A stretch of 64,000 nucleotides of DNA from an uncultured Ruminococcus sp. (GTDB lineage Bacteria; Bacillota; Clostridia; RUG12999), in assembly GCA_902784805.1 (NCBI GenBank), contig CACZWD010000012.1:11133-75132 (forward strand). Reading direction: 5' to 3'. Under the pieces are notes generated by a model that ran no database searches, was not told where the DNA came from, and was given only the letters and a program-made list of their open reading frames with translations. The position numbers were made by a program, and so were the translations under genes. Each line of letters begins with the position of its first letter. Position 1 is the stretch's first letter. This document shows, piece by piece, positions 1 to 10,960 of this stretch.

Positions 1-358
1 TCAGGTTTTGTCGATTGTACCCGGTACGTCAAGGAGCGGAGCGACAATACTCGGAGCGATAATCCTCGGCTGCTCAAGAGAGCTTGCGGCGGAATTTTCT
101 TTTTTTATGGCAGTGCCGATTATGTTTGGCGTAAGCGTATTAAAAATTGCGTCGAATTTTTTGAATAACGAGTACATTATGACTTCGCGCGAATGGTTAT
201 TGCTCGCTTTATCAATGCTTGTAGCTTACGGCGTGTCGGTTTTAGCGCTTAAATTTCTTGTCGGTTATGTTAAAAAACATAATTTCAAGGTTTTTGGCTA
301 TTACAGAATTGCGCTTGGCGTAATTGTGCTTTTGTATTTTACTTTTATTAACAGATAA
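1..358 (+). CDS. uppP: undecaprenyl-diphosphate phosphatase UppP/BacA, C-terminal part (5' end outside window)
   Basis: The ORF is open to the window edge. The translation has the SIVPGTSRSGATILG motif followed by hydrophobic TM segments typical of UppP. Confidence 0.85.
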   Translation, partial: QVLSIVPGTSRSGATILGAIILGCSRELAAEFSFFMAVPIMFGVSVLKIASNFLNNEYIMTSREWLLLALSMLVAYGVSVLALKFLVGYVKKHNFKVFGYYRIALGVIVLLYFTFINR

Positions 359-393
359 AGCTGCCGTTTCTTGCGGCAGAGAAAGGATTTGTT

Positions 394-2763
394 ATGGCTG
401 AAAAAACGAAAAACAAACCGGTAAAAGCGGATGCCAAAAAAAAGTCGGCGTCTGCTGCCGAGGAAAACAGCTATGCTTCGGAAATAATTACAATTCTTGT
501 AGGGGTACTAGGCATTTTTATAATGGTGAGTCTTTGGTTTAATACGGCAGGCATTGTCGGAAAATATTTAAACATTGTCATTAAAGGGCTTTTCGGCTGT
601 GCGGCGTATGTTCTTCCGCTTGCGCTTGTCGGTGCGGCAATTTGCCATTTTGCCGCGAAGGACGATATGAAATCGACCTACATAGCAATTTTGTTTTTGC
701 TTATATGTGTATTTGTACATTATGTCTATATTGTTGACAGTGTGGATTACATTTCGGGCGGCAGAGTATGGCTTTGGAAAATAGGTGTGGCAGGCGAAGG
801 CGGCGGCGTTATAGGCGGTACGCTCTCGGAAATTTTTGTCGGGCTTATAGGCAAGGCTATAACCGCGGTACTTCTTGCGGCTCTTTTTATGATTGATATA
901 ATTCTTCTTTTTAAAATATCGGTTTTAAGCGTTCTCGGCAAATTTTTCCGTTTTATAGGCAGAAGTATAAAGGAATGTTTTACCTCAGTTGCCGAAACGG
1001 AGGACGAAAACGAGATTTTGCCCGATAAAAAAGGCGGAAAAGCAAAAGATGAAAAAATTGCGGACGCTTCGGACGACTGGGATTCAACGCCCGATATAAC
1101 CATACTTCCCGCCGAAACCGAGGAGGAAATTTCAATAAACGACCCGCTCGGCAGTACGGAAAAGGACGAGCTTCCGCTTGTTTTGAACAGTGAACCGAAG
1201 AAAGATGAAGAAACGAGTGATGACGGTGCCGCAGCAAATGAGATTGCGTCCGAAATAGAGGAAAATATGGATAAGCCCGTGAGAGAATATGTTTTTCCGT
1301 CCTCACAGCTGCTTGACGAGCCGAAATCAAATACAAAAGAGGATAAAATGGACAGGCTCAAAGAAAATGCGGCAAAGCTTCTTACAATTCTTGAAAGCTT
1401 TGGAATTGAAGCAAAAATAACCAACGTAACGCGCGGTTCCAGTGTGACAAGATACGAAATCGTCCCCGCCGCGGGCGTTAAGGTAAATAAAATCACCGCT
1501 CTCGACCAGGATATTGCCATGCGCCTTCCCGCCGAGAACGTGCGTATTGAGGTGCTGCCCGGAAGCATAGGCATTGAGGCTTCAAACGACAGTATTTCAG
1601 CAGTATATATAAGGGATATGATTGAAAGCAAAGAGTTTATCAACCACCCATCAAAAATTGCCGTCGCCCTGGGGCGTGATATAAACGGCAAAACCGTGGT
1701 GGTGGATATAGCGAAGATGCCTCATCTTTTAATTGCGGGTACTACGGGCTCCGGTAAGAGTGTGTGCATAAACGCTATGATAACGAGTATTCTTTATAAA
1801 GCAACGCCGGAGGAAGTCCGCCTTATAATGGTTGACCCTAAAGCGGTTGAGCTTGAAATGTATAACGGCATACCGCACCTTCTTGTGCCGATTGTCACAG
1901 ACCCGAGAAAGGCGGCGGGCGCGCTTAACTGGGCAGTAAACGAAATGGAAGAAAGATATAAGCTTTTCGCGGAAAACTCAACTCGAAATCTTGCCGGCTA
2001 CAACGCGAAAATGAAGGCGAGCGGCGGAAAAACCTTGCCGCAGATTGTTATTATTATTGATGAGCTTGCCGACCTTATGATGGTTGCTCCGGGCGAGGTG
2101 CAGGATTATATCTGCCGTCTTGCCCAGAAAGCAAGGGCGGCGGGCATGCATCTTGTGCTTGCCACACAAAGGCCTTCCGTTGACGTTATAACGGGCTTAA
2201 TTAAGGCGAACGTGCCGTCAAGATTTTCTTTCCAGGTTTCAAACCATATAGATTCAAGAACAATTATTGACGTGGGCGGCGCCGAAAAGCTTATGGGTAA
2301 AGGCGATATGCTTATGATGCTTGCGGGCAGCAACAAGCTTGTGCGTGTACAGGGCGCGTTTGTTTCGGACGGCGATGTTGAGAGAGTGACGAATTTTATC
2401 AGAGAAAACTGTGACGCGGAATACAGTGCCGAGATTCAGGAGTCAATCGAGCAAAATTCTGTAAAAAGCAAGTCGGAAGCAAAGGATAAAGCCGCCTCAA
2501 AAAGTGATGAGGTTGACGAGCTTCTTGACGAGGCTGTGGATATTGCTTTTGAGCTTGACCAGATTTCCACATCAATGCTTCAAAGAAGGTTAAAAATAGG
2601 GTACGCCAGAGCGGGCAGACTTATTGACCTTATGGATAAAATGCAGGTTATTTCTCCTTACGACGGCAGTAACAAGCCAAGAACTCTGCGTATGACAAGG
2701 GAGCAGTATTATCAGCTCCGTGAGCAGCTTCATGAGGACGAGCTGAATGATGATGAGGAATAA
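394..2763 (+). CDS. ftsK: DNA translocase FtsK/SpoIIIE
   Basis: 789 aa. N-terminal TM helices, then an acidic low-complexity linker. Walker A is AGTTGSGKSV and Walker B is IIIDELADLM. The C-terminal gamma wHTH reads SMLQRRLKIGYARAGRLIDLM. Confidence 0.92.
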   Translation: MAEKTKNKPVKADAKKKSASAAEENSYASEIITILVGVLGIFIMVSLWFNTAGIVGKYLNIVIKGLFGCAAYVLPLALVGAAICHFAAKDDMKSTYIAILFLLICVFVHYVYIVDSVDYISGGRVWLWKIGVAGEGGGVIGGTLSEIFVGLIGKAITAVLLAALFMIDIILLFKISVLSVLGKFFRFIGRSIKECFTSVAETEDENEILPDKKGGKAKDEKIADASDDWDSTPDITILPAETEEEISINDPLGSTEKDELPLVLNSEPKKDEETSDDGAAANEIASEIEENMDKPVREYVFPSSQLLDEPKSNTKEDKMDRLKENAAKLLTILESFGIEAKITNVTRGSSVTRYEIVPAAGVKVNKITALDQDIAMRLPAENVRIEVLPGSIGIEASNDSISAVYIRDMIESKEFINHPSKIAVALGRDINGKTVVVDIAKMPHLLIAGTTGSGKSVCINAMITSILYKATPEEVRLIMVDPKAVELEMYNGIPHLLVPIVTDPRKAAGALNWAVNEMEERYKLFAENSTRNLAGYNAKMKASGGKTLPQIVIIIDELADLMMVAPGEVQDYICRLAQKARAAGMHLVLATQRPSVDVITGLIKANVPSRFSFQVSNHIDSRTIIDVGGAEKLMGKGDMLMMLAGSNKLVRVQGAFVSDGDVERVTNFIRENCDAEYSAEIQESIEQNSVKSKSEAKDKAASKSDEVDELLDEAVDIAFELDQISTSMLQRRLKIGYARAGRLIDLMDKMQVISPYDGSNKPRTLRMTREQYYQLREQLHEDELNDDEE

Positions 2764-2784
2764 GATTTTTGGGAGGAAAGCGGT

Positions 2785-4695
2785 GTGAGCGGTTTTTTGC
2801 CCGTGTGCAAAAAAGATATGACAAGGCTTGGCTGGACGCAGGCGGATTTTATTTTTATTTCCGCGGACGCTTACGTTGACCATCCTTCTTTCGCGGCTGC
2901 CGTGCTTTCGAGAGTGCTTGAAAAAAACGGTTTTAAAGTCGCGGTAATTGCTCAGCCGAATGTTAAAAATCTTGAGGATATTAAGCGCTGCGGCGAGCCT
3001 CGTCTCGGAGTGCTTATATCGGGAGGAAACATTGATTCCATGGTGGCGCATTACACTGCCGCAAAGCGCAAAAGGAGCGAGGATTTATATTCACCCGGCG
3101 GCAAGGCGGGAAGGCGTCCCGACAGACCGACAATTGTTTATTCAATGCTTGCGAAAAGGGCTTTTCCGGATAAGCCCGTTATAATAGGCGGCATTGAGGC
3201 AAGCCTCAGAAGGTTTGCCCATTATGATTATTGGAGTGACAGCGTTATGCCGTCAATTCTTTTTGATTCGGGAGCCGACCTTTTGATTTACGGTATGGGC
3301 GAAAGAATACTCAAAGAAACCGCTCTTGCTTTAAACGATGGATATGATGTAAAATCTCTTACATATATTGACGGCACTGCATATGCGGCGGACGACGTTT
3401 CATATATTGAAGGAGCCGTAACGGTGCCTTCCTTTGAGGAGGTAAAAAGCAGTAAAAAAGCGTATGCTCAGGCGGTTAAAATTCAGTATGAGCAGCACGA
3501 TTATGTTTGCGGAAAGACCGTTATTCAAAAACACGGCAGCCGTTTTCTTGTGCAGAACAAACCCGCCGCGCCGCTTTCACGAAGCGAGCTTGACGGCGTT
3601 TTTTCGCTGCCGTTTACACGGGAAGTACACCCGATGTACGAAAAAATGGGCGGAGTACCCGCCATTGAGGAAGTGAAATTCAGCATAACAAGCTCAAGAG
3701 GCTGTTTTGGCTCGTGTAATTTTTGCGCGCTGGCGTTTCATCAGGGCAGAACGGTCCGGAGCAGAAGCATTAAATCCATTGTTACGGAGGCTGTAAAGCT
3801 TACCCGTATGTCGGATTTTAAAGGCTATATTAATGATGTCGGCGGACCGACGGCGAATTTCAGGTTTCCGTCCTGCGAAAAACAGCTTAAGGAAGGCGTA
3901 TGCAAGAACAGGCAATGTCTTTTTCCCACGCCTTGTAAAAATCTTGAGGTTTCACATACCGAATATGTGCGTTTGCTCCGGGAGCTTCGCGAAATTCCGG
4001 GCATAAAAAAAGTGTTTGTGCGGTCAGGTATCCGTTTTGATTACGTTATGGCGGACAGCGATAAAACTTTTTTAAACGAGCTTTGCGAACATCATATAAG
4101 CGGTCAGCTTAAAGTCGCGCCCGAGCACGTCAGCGATAACGTTTTAAAGCTTATGGGAAAGCCGAAAAATGATGTTTTCGGGAGTTTTTGCAAGCTTTAT
4201 AAGGAAACAAACAAAAGGCTCGGGAAAGAGCAGTATCTTGTGCCGTATCTTATGTCAAGTCACCCCGGCAGCACGCTTGCCGACGCGGTTGAGCTTGCGC
4301 TGTATCTTAAAAAAGAGGGCATAAACCCTCAGCAGGTGCAGGATTTTTACCCGACACCGGGGACGATTTCGACCTGTATGTATTACACGGGCATGGACCC
4401 CCGGACGGGACAGCACGTTTATGTGGCAAGAACTGCCGAAGAAAAAGCAATGCAAAGAGCGCTTTTGCAGTTTAAACGACCGGAAAATTACGCGCTTGTG
4501 CATAAAGCGCTTGTAAAAGCGGGAAGAACGGACCTGATAGGTTTCGGAAAAGAATGTCTGATAAAACCCAAATATAATAAAAATTCAGAAATCGGAGGTT
4601 ATACAAATGGCAAAAATAATAGACGGAAAGGCACTGGCGGCACGAATAAAAGAGGGCTTAAAGGAAGAAGTAAAGCGTCTCGAAAAGGAAGGTAG
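2785..4695 (+). CDS. ygiQ: YgiQ-family (UPF0313) radical SAM protein
   Basis: 636 aa with a GTG start. The N-terminus FLPVCKKDM...[17 protein letters not shown] is typical of YgiQ. It has a CxxxCxxC cluster (CFGSCNFC) and a basic C-terminal tail. The last 89 nt overlap folD. Confidence 0.85.
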   Translation: MSGFLPVCKKDMTRLGWTQADFIFISADAYVDHPSFAAAVLSRVLEKNGFKVAVIAQPNVKNLEDIKRCGEPRLGVLISGGNIDSMVAHYTAAKRKRSEDLYSPGGKAGRRPDRPTIVYSMLAKRAFPDKPVIIGGIEASLRRFAHYDYWSDSVMPSILFDSGADLLIYGMGERILKETALALNDGYDVKSLTYIDGTAYAADDVSYIEGAVTVPSFEEVKSSKKAYAQAVKIQYEQHDYVCGKTVIQKHGSRFLVQNKPAAPLSRSELDGVFSLPFTREVHPMYEKMGGVPAIEEVKFSITSSRGCFGSCNFCALAFHQGRTVRSRSIKSIVTEAVKLTRMSDFKGYINDVGGPTANFRFPSCEKQLKEGVCKNRQCLFPTPCKNLEVSHTEYVRLLRELREIPGIKKVFVRSGIRFDYVMADSDKTFLNELCEHHISGQLKVAPEHVSDNVLKLMGKPKNDVFGSFCKLYKETNKRLGKEQYLVPYLMSSHPGSTLADAVELALYLKKEGINPQQVQDFYPTPGTISTCMYYTGMDPRTGQHVYVARTAEEKAMQRALLQFKRPENYALVHKALVKAGRTDLIGFGKECLIKPKYNKNSEIGGYTNGKNNRRKGTGGTNKRGLKGRSKASRKGR

Positions 4696-5449
4696 GCTTC
4701 CGGGGCTTGCCGTTATAATAGTGGGAGAGGATCCGGCGTCGCAAGTGTATGTTAGGAATAAGCGCCGTGATTGTGATGAAATAGGCGTGTATTCAAGAGA
4801 GTACGCGCTGCCCGAAAAGACAACGCAGGAGGAGCTTGAAAAGCTTATTGATGAGCTTAACGCAGACGAAAAAATAAGCGGTATTTTAGTTCAGCTTCCG
4901 TTACCTTCGCATCTTGACGAAAAGGCGGTAATAAACCGTATTAATCCAAAAAAGGACGTTGACGCTTTTCACCCATCAAATGTCGGAAAAATTATGATTG
5001 GGGATTACGACCTTCTGCCCTGTACTCCGGCGGGAGTTATGGAGCTTATTGAGGAAGCGGGAACAAAGGTTGAAGGTAAAAAATGTGTTGTTGTGGGAAG
5101 GAGCAATATCGTAGGTAAGCCGCAGGCAATGCTGCTGCTTCATAAAAACGGAACGGTAACGATCTGCCATTCAAAAACCAAAAATCTTGCGGAAGAATGT
5201 CGGAGCGCGGATATTCTGGTTGCGGCGGTCGGCAGGGCAAAGCTTATTACGGCGGATATGGTAAAGCCGGGCGCTACGGTAATTGACGTAGGAATGAACC
5301 GTGATGAAAACGGCAAGCTTTGCGGCGATGTGGATTTTGAGAACGTTAAAGAGGTCGCAGGGGCGATAACTCCCGTTCCGGGCGGCGTCGGACCCATGAC
5401 AAGAGCCGTGCTTATGCGCAACACCGTAACTACCGCAAAGTTAAAATAA
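4607..5449 (+). CDS. folD: bifunctional methylenetetrahydrofolate dehydrogenase/methenyl-THF cyclohydrolase
   Basis: 280 aa. Begins [11 protein letters not shown], has [10 protein letters not shown] and [12 protein letters not shown], and ends [19 protein letters not shown] lies upstream. Confidence 0.93.
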   Translation: MAKIIDGKALAARIKEGLKEEVKRLEKEGRLPGLAVIIVGEDPASQVYVRNKRRDCDEIGVYSREYALPEKTTQEELEKLIDELNADEKISGILVQLPLPSHLDEKAVINRINPKKDVDAFHPSNVGKIMIGDYDLLPCTPAGVMELIEEAGTKVEGKKCVVVGRSNIVGKPQAMLLLHKNGTVTICHSKTKNLAEECRSADILVAAVGRAKLITADMVKPGATVIDVGMNRDENGKLCGDVDFENVKEVAGAITPVPGGVGPMTRAVLMRNTVTTAKLK

Positions 5450-5464
5450 AGAGGAGAACGTAAA

Positions 5465-6769
5465 ATGAAAAAAACCGTTGCTTTTTACACACTTGGCTGT
5501 AAGGTTAACCAGTACGAAACGGAAGCAATTATGCAAAAGTTTAAAAGCTGCGGCTATGAAATAAAAGATTTTGACGAAAAGGCGGATGTTTACGTTATAA
5601 ATACCTGCTCAGTGACGGCGGTCGCGGACAGAAAATCACGGACGCAAATCCGCAAAGCAAGAAAAACAAATAAAAACGCCGTTGTTGCGGTGTGCGGCTG
5701 CTACGCGCAGACTCACGAAAAGGAGCTTCGGAGTATCCCCGAAATTGATATAGTAATAGGTACGGCAGGAAAAGATAAGCTTGTCATGCTTGTTGAGAAA
5801 AAGGGGGAAGAAAAAATTTTTGCCGTGGATGATATTATGCTGCAAAAAACCTTTGAAGAAACCTTTGTTTCCTGTCATACCGATAAAACACGGGCGTTTA
5901 TGAAAATACAGGACGGCTGCGACAATTACTGCGCTTACTGCATTATTCCTTACGCCAGAGGGCATATAAGGAGCCGCAGCATGGAAAATATCCGCGCGGA
6001 GGCGGAAAAATTTGTTTCGGGCGGCTATAAGGAAATAGTCCTGACGGGTATTCATCTGACCTCTTACGGTAAGGAGACAGGTGAAAACAGTATATTTGAC
6101 GTTATAAAAATGCTGCACGAAATAGATGGGCTTGAAAGAATACGTCTTGGCTCGCTTGAAATGAATGAGCGTTTGACAGAGCTTGCGGAGCACAGCGCGG
6201 AGCTTCCGAAGCTTTGCAATCATTTTCATGTTTCGCTTCAAAGCGGCTGCAACGAAACGCTCAGGCGTATGGGCAGAAGATATACAGCCGAGGAGTATTA
6301 TAACGCGGTATATCTTTTAAAAAAAGCATTTCCGGGATCGGCAATAACAACAGATATTATGGTCGGTTTTCCGGGCGAAACGCTGGAGGAGTTTATGCAA
6401 AGCCGTGACTTTGCGGAAAAGGTCGAATTCGCGAAAATGCATATTTTTCCGTATTCGGTGCGGCGCGGCACGAGGGCGGCAAAAATGGAAGGTCAGATTG
6501 ATAACTCTGTCAAAAAAGACCGCGCGGCGCTTATGGAGCAGGTTAACAGCAAAAGTATCAACGGCTTTGCGCGCAAACAGCTCGGCAAAACAGTATCGGT
6601 GCTTTTTGAACAGGAGGAGGACGGCTTTTATACCGGACACACTACAAATTATTTAAAAGTATATGTTAAAACAAAAGAGAAGCTTCATAATATAGTAAGA
6701 GAAGTGAAAATTACGGATTATATGTCCGACAGGCTTTACGGTGAATTTTCAGACGTCAAAAAGCTCTGA
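5465..6769 (+). CDS. mtaB: tRNA (t6A37) methylthiotransferase MtaB
   Basis: 434 aa. MTTase N-terminal domain (FYTLGCKVNQYE), radical SAM motif GCDNYCAYC and a C-terminal TRAM-like region. Confidence 0.85.
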   Translation: MKKTVAFYTLGCKVNQYETEAIMQKFKSCGYEIKDFDEKADVYVINTCSVTAVADRKSRTQIRKARKTNKNAVVAVCGCYAQTHEKELRSIPEIDIVIGTAGKDKLVMLVEKKGEEKIFAVDDIMLQKTFEETFVSCHTDKTRAFMKIQDGCDNYCAYCIIPYARGHIRSRSMENIRAEAEKFVSGGYKEIVLTGIHLTSYGKETGENSIFDVIKMLHEIDGLERIRLGSLEMNERLTELAEHSAELPKLCNHFHVSLQSGCNETLRRMGRRYTAEEYYNAVYLLKKAFPGSAITTDIMVGFPGETLEEFMQSRDFAEKVEFAKMHIFPYSVRRGTRAAKMEGQIDNSVKKDRAALMEQVNSKSINGFARKQLGKTVSVLFEQEEDGFYTGHTTNYLKVYVKTKEKLHNIVREVKITDYMSDRLYGEFSDVKKL

Positions 6770-7090
6770 AAAAGCTTAACTTTGTCAAAAAAAAAGCGGA
6801 AAAAATGGGGAAATTGGTATATTTTTCATAAAATATTAAAAAAGTATTGATTTTTTGGGGTTTATGTGCTAAAATAAATATAATAGAAGTGCTGTGTCCT
6901 TTGAATTTGTGTTTAATATAATATATATTATATAAGGAAGAAACACGTCATTTCATTTGACAACCGAATAAACACGACAGAAAAAAAGTCTGTCGGTTTA
7001 GATAAATTACCTGCTATGACAAGAGTTTGTAATATATTTTGTAATAAAAGTATATACTTTTACATTTATATTACATATTTAACTTTTCTC

Positions 7091-7119
7091 TTGACATATG
7101 CTTATGGTCGTGGTATAAT
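7091..7119 (+). promoter_or_regulatory. sigma-A type promoter of the S-layer gene (TTGACA-17-TGgTATAAT)
   Basis: TTGACA at 7091..7096, a 17-nt spacer and an extended -10 TGgTATAAT ending at 7119. The roughly 75-nt leader begins with the hairpin GTTATG-TAAAG-CATAAC (7121..7137) and has an AAGGAGG RBS before ATG 7201. Confidence 0.7.
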
Positions 7120-7200
7120 TCGTTATGTAAAGCATAACAAAGGGTTATGCCAATCCGTAAGGGTAATAAAAAATTTATAATTTTATAAGGAGGAAACACT

Positions 7201-10071
7201 ATGAGAAACTTAACTAAAGTTCTCGCAATGGTACTTGCACTTTCAATGATCGTGGGCGTTATAGCTTTCGCTAAAACTTACCCGGATGTTGACAGCAGTG
7301 CCAACTACGCAGAAGCAGTAAACGTTATCAGTGACCTTGGCCTTGCAGTAGGCGATGAAAACGGTAACTTTAATGCTGACAAAACACTTACAAGGGCAGA
7401 AGGTACAACCTTCGTACTCAGACTTTTAGGTCTTGAGGAAGCTGCAAAAGCGGCTGCCGGCACAGCTACAGATTTTTCTGACGTTCCGGCTGACCACTGG
7501 GCATCGGGTTATGTATCAGTTGCAGCAGCAAACGGTATCGTATCCGGTATGGGTGACGGCACATTTGCTCCGAACGCTGAACTCACTTACGCTCAGATAG
7601 TAAGAATGCTTGTTTCGGCTCTTGGTTATGAACCCCTTGTATCAGAGCTTGGCGAATGGCCCAACAACTATATGTCAGCTGCAAGCCAGATTAAGCTTAC
7701 AACAGGCATCCCGGGCAGAGCTAATGATGCTGTAACAAGAGGCACAACCGCAAGACTCATTTACGCGGCTCTTACAATTCCGAAAATGGAAAAGAGCGGT
7801 ATAGGCGTTAACGCTACATGGGCAGCAGGCGACCAGATGCTTCTTGACGACCTTGGCTTCTTCAAATTAAAAGGTAAAGTTACAGACGTTGACCTTGCAG
7901 CTAACAAAGCTATCATCAGCATTGATAAACAGTGCCTTGCTTATGTTGGAAGCAGCAACAATGCAACAGGTAAATACCTTGAAACAGATGACCAAGACAA
8001 ATGGACAATTGATTCTAACGGCAACATCACAAGCAAAGAGCTTAACGGCTTTGGTCCTGCTTTAAAGGATTCTATAAACGTTCCTGTAATTATTTATGTT
8101 GCTGATGATGACGATTACACAATCGCTTCATTTGTTGAACAGTCTAACGTTGTAGAAACTCTTGCAGTTGATTCTGCTGATTATAAGAGCAATGACAACC
8201 AGAAAGTAACTTATTACACAAACGCTGACCAGACAAAGACATCTACCTTCAAACTTGCTGATGATGTTGCTGTATATCTTAACGGTGCATCGGTAGGTAC
8301 AGTAACTTACGGCACATTTGTTACCGATTATCTTGATGGTGAAGATTACGCAATCGAGCTTAAAGATACAGATGGCGACGGCTACTATGATATGGCAGTT
8401 GTAACAGACTACAAATATATGGTAGTTAAAACCGTTAAAGTAGATAAGAATGGCAAATACACATTCACGTCAGAAAACCTTACAATAACTCCCAGACTTT
8501 CTAAGCTTATTGTTGATACAGATGATGATGATGTTGTTGTTTCTGTAATCAAGGACGGCGAAGAAATAGATATTGCTGACATTGAAGAAGGCGATATCCT
8601 TAACGTTAAGGCTACAACAATTGACAGTAATTATAATCTTACAGAGGGTACAATTTATGTAACCAACGAAGTTATTGAAGGTACAGTTAAGAGCCAGGAT
8701 GAGGAAGAAAAGACAATTACTCTTGATGACGGCAGCGAATATGATTATCTTGACAAAGTAAATAGTAAATATCTTGCTCCGTCAGCGGAAGGAAGCTACT
8801 ACCTTAACATCAACGGTAAGATCATCTATGTTGATAACTCGGCAGTTAAATCCAACTACAAATACGGTTTCGCTACGCTTGTTACACTTGATTCACGCGG
8901 CGGCGAAATTAACGGCGGTGATGTAAGAGTTCTTACAACAGACGGAACCTGGTCAACAATCGACCTTAACGCTACTGTAAACGGTAAGAAGCTCAGCACA
9001 ATTGCTAAACCTAATACCGGCGACGATGTTGACCCGTTCAGCATAGGTAAAGATCTTCATTGCGCAGCAGCAGACAGCCGCTCGGTTGACCTTGTTGTTA
9101 ATGACATAATTGCTTACAAGACAAATTCTTCCGGCGCAATCAGAGACATTGCTACAGGTACGGCAGCAATTATGGCTTTGACCGATGATTCGGTAGCTAC
9201 AAAGAACAACGGTAAATATACCGAAGGCGATTATGCAGGTTACTATGTAACAGACAGCACAAAGATCTTCTCTTGCAAGGTTGATCCAATGCCGACAAAC
9301 ACAGACATTGATGAAAACAAGATCAGAATAATCTCTAAGAGTGCTCTTAAAGAGGATGACACTTATACAGCTACACTTTATAACATCAGCGATGATGATG
9401 AGATAGGTGTAATGTATGGTAATATCGAAGCAGCTGTTGATTATGAAGGCAAGATGTTTATCGTATCTAAGGTTTCTGAAACAACTGTAGATGATGATGA
9501 TTATGTACTTCTTACAGGTTACCAGAATGGTGAGGAAGTTCAGTATATGGCTTCTGAGGATACAGATGTAACAGAGCTTTATGAGATTGATCTTACAGGT
9601 GCTAAGGTAACAGAGGGTGCACAGTTTACTCTTAAGAACAGCAGCAAGAAGAACAACATTGTTAAAGGTGATATCTTCTTTGTAACAGCAGGCTCTGGCG
9701 ATGTAATCTCTACAGCAGTAAGATTTGACAATGTAATCAATCCGGCATATGCAGATGCAAAAGTATCTAATGCTGTAACAAAAGGCGATGACGAAGGCGG
9801 ATTTATTGCAGGTTATGTTCTTGGCGTAAAGAACAGCAAGGTTTACCTTGGAGATGCTCCGAATTCAAGCTTTAATGTAGATGCTGCTGATCCGGATAAA
9901 TACTCCTTCTTAACATCGGATAAGACATTCGTAACTGTATTTGATAATTCAAAGAAGAATCATCCTCTTGATGAAGGTATAGTAGCGGATATCAATGATA
10001 ATGAAGCTATCGTATTTGCAAGGCTTAATGAAAACAATAAAGCTATGGAAGTTGTAGTATTCGTAAAATAA
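7201..10071 (+). CDS. SLH-domain cell-surface (S-layer) protein
   Basis: 956 aa. Signal peptide (MRNLTKVLAMVLALSMIVGVIAFA), then three N-terminal SLH-like modules (F.DV..HWA..YV...). A long Asp/Thr/Val-rich beta-type region follows. Codon usage looks strongly biased, and the gene has a consensus promoter and a strong terminator. Confidence 0.85.
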   Translation: MRNLTKVLAMVLALSMIVGVIAFAKTYPDVDSSANYAEAVNVISDLGLAVGDENGNFNADKTLTRAEGTTFVLRLLGLEEAAKAAAGTATDFSDVPADHWASGYVSVAAANGIVSGMGDGTFAPNAELTYAQIVRMLVSALGYEPLVSELGEWPNNYMSAASQIKLTTGIPGRANDAVTRGTTARLIYAALTIPKMEKSGIGVNATWAAGDQMLLDDLGFFKLKGKVTDVDLAANKAIISIDKQCLAYVGSSNNATGKYLETDDQDKWTIDSNGNITSKELNGFGPALKDSINVPVIIYVADDDDYTIASFVEQSNVVETLAVDSADYKSNDNQKVTYYTNADQTKTSTFKLADDVAVYLNGASVGTVTYGTFVTDYLDGEDYAIELKDTDGDGYYDMAVVTDYKYMVVKTVKVDKNGKYTFTSENLTITPRLSKLIVDTDDDDVVVSVIKDGEEIDIADIEEGDILNVKATTIDSNYNLTEGTIYVTNEVIEGTVKSQDEEEKTITLDDGSEYDYLDKVNSKYLAPSAEGSYYLNINGKIIYVDNSAVKSNYKYGFATLVTLDSRGGEINGGDVRVLTTDGTWSTIDLNATVNGKKLSTIAKPNTGDDVDPFSIGKDLHCAAADSRSVDLVVNDIIAYKTNSSGAIRDIATGTAAIMALTDDSVATKNNGKYTEGDYAGYYVTDSTKIFSCKVDPMPTNTDIDENKIRIISKSALKEDDTYTATLYNISDDDEIGVMYGNIEAAVDYEGKMFIVSKVSETTVDDDDYVLLTGYQNGEEVQYMASEDTDVTELYEIDLTGAKVTEGAQFTLKNSSKKNNIVKGDIFFVTAGSGDVISTAVRFDNVINPAYADAKVSNAVTKGDDEGGFIAGYVLGVKNSKVYLGDAPNSSFNVDAADPDKYSFLTSDKTFVTVFDNSKKNHPLDEGIVADINDNEAIVFARLNENNKAMEVVVFVK

Positions 10072-10108
10072 TTACAACACAATCTAAAAATTAAAACTTA
10101 GTTTTAAT

Positions 10109-10137
10109 CCCGGAGGGCTTGCCCTCCGGGTTTTTTT
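10109..10137 (+). terminator. rho-independent terminator of the S-layer gene
   Basis: Stem CCCGGAGGG / CCCTCCGGG with a 4-nt loop, followed by T7. Confidence 0.88.
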
Positions 10138-10139
10138 AT

Positions 10140-10960
10140 CATTTACAATACCGCCCCTCAAGCCTTCCCCTTGAGGGGAAGGGGGACCGCGCAGCGGTGG
10201 ATGAGGTGGAAAAGCAAAGCAAATATTGTTTTTAACACTTGCAAAATAACCGCGCCAAAGCCGCAACACCTCATCAGTCTCACTATGCTCGACAGCTCTC
10301 CTCGTCGAAACAAGTTACGCCTGTTCCGATTTTTTGCTTCTCAAAAAATCAGTCACTCGCTCCACTGTTTCTCCTCTCCGAAAAAGGTCACGGTAAGTCG
10401 CTCGGCTCGCTTATAAATGCGCTCGCTGTCGCTTTGTTATCTACCAACCTTTTTCGGTATTGTGCCTGCGGCACTTTTATAGGAAGTTACGCCCTTTCAG
10501 TCTCGCTTTGTTCGACAGCTCTCCTCGTCGAAACAAACTACACTAAACTCCGTTTTTCTTTGTAAGAAAAACATCCGTCCTTTCCGTTGTTTTTCCTCTC
10601 CGCAAAAAAGCTTGCTCTGCGAATGCTGCTCAGTTGTAAACGCCTTCGCGACGCTTCGCTGTCGCTACCACTTTTTTACGGATAAGGAGGAACAGCGGTT
10701 ATTTTGATTTTGTAAAAATCCAAACGAACGTTTTACCGCTTGTTCCGACGAGGGGGAGGTATCACGGCTTTGCCGTGACGAAGAGGGTAATCCGTCGTTA
10801 CAATTAAATTGAAAATTAATTCTGCATTCTGCATTTTGCATTATGTATTTCTCCGCCACTACGACCGCATTTTCACATTGTCTTCGTAGGGGCGGACCTG
10901 TGTGTCCGCCCGAAAACAAGGTTTTTAAGAAACAACTCAAAAAGTACAAGAAAAGTGGAA
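10140..10960. repeat. repeat-rich non-coding region (imperfect direct repeats, an inverted partial copy, GC-rich hairpins)
   Basis: Imperfect direct repeats of about 115 nt at 10275..10390 and 10498..10612 (offset 223 nt), and an inverted partial copy at 10739..10760. Hairpins lie at 10153..10177 and 10891..10910 (GGCGGAC-CTGTGT-GTCCGCC). A 7-nt triplet TTCTGCA/TTCTGCA/TTTTGCA lies at 10820..10840. Only low-complexity ORFs without an RBS are present. Confidence 0.6.

Noticed and set aside
747-1691. 314-aa minus-strand ORF (and 980..1336) inside ftsK
   Set aside because: It is fully antisense to a well-supported ftsK coding region. The product is Ser/Ile-rich low complexity, with no RBS and no recognisable domain.
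5636-6640. Minus-strand ORFs 5636..6241 and 6317..6640, and plus-strand 6405..6656
   Set aside because: They are antisense to or out of frame with mtaB, and their products are basic and low-complexity.
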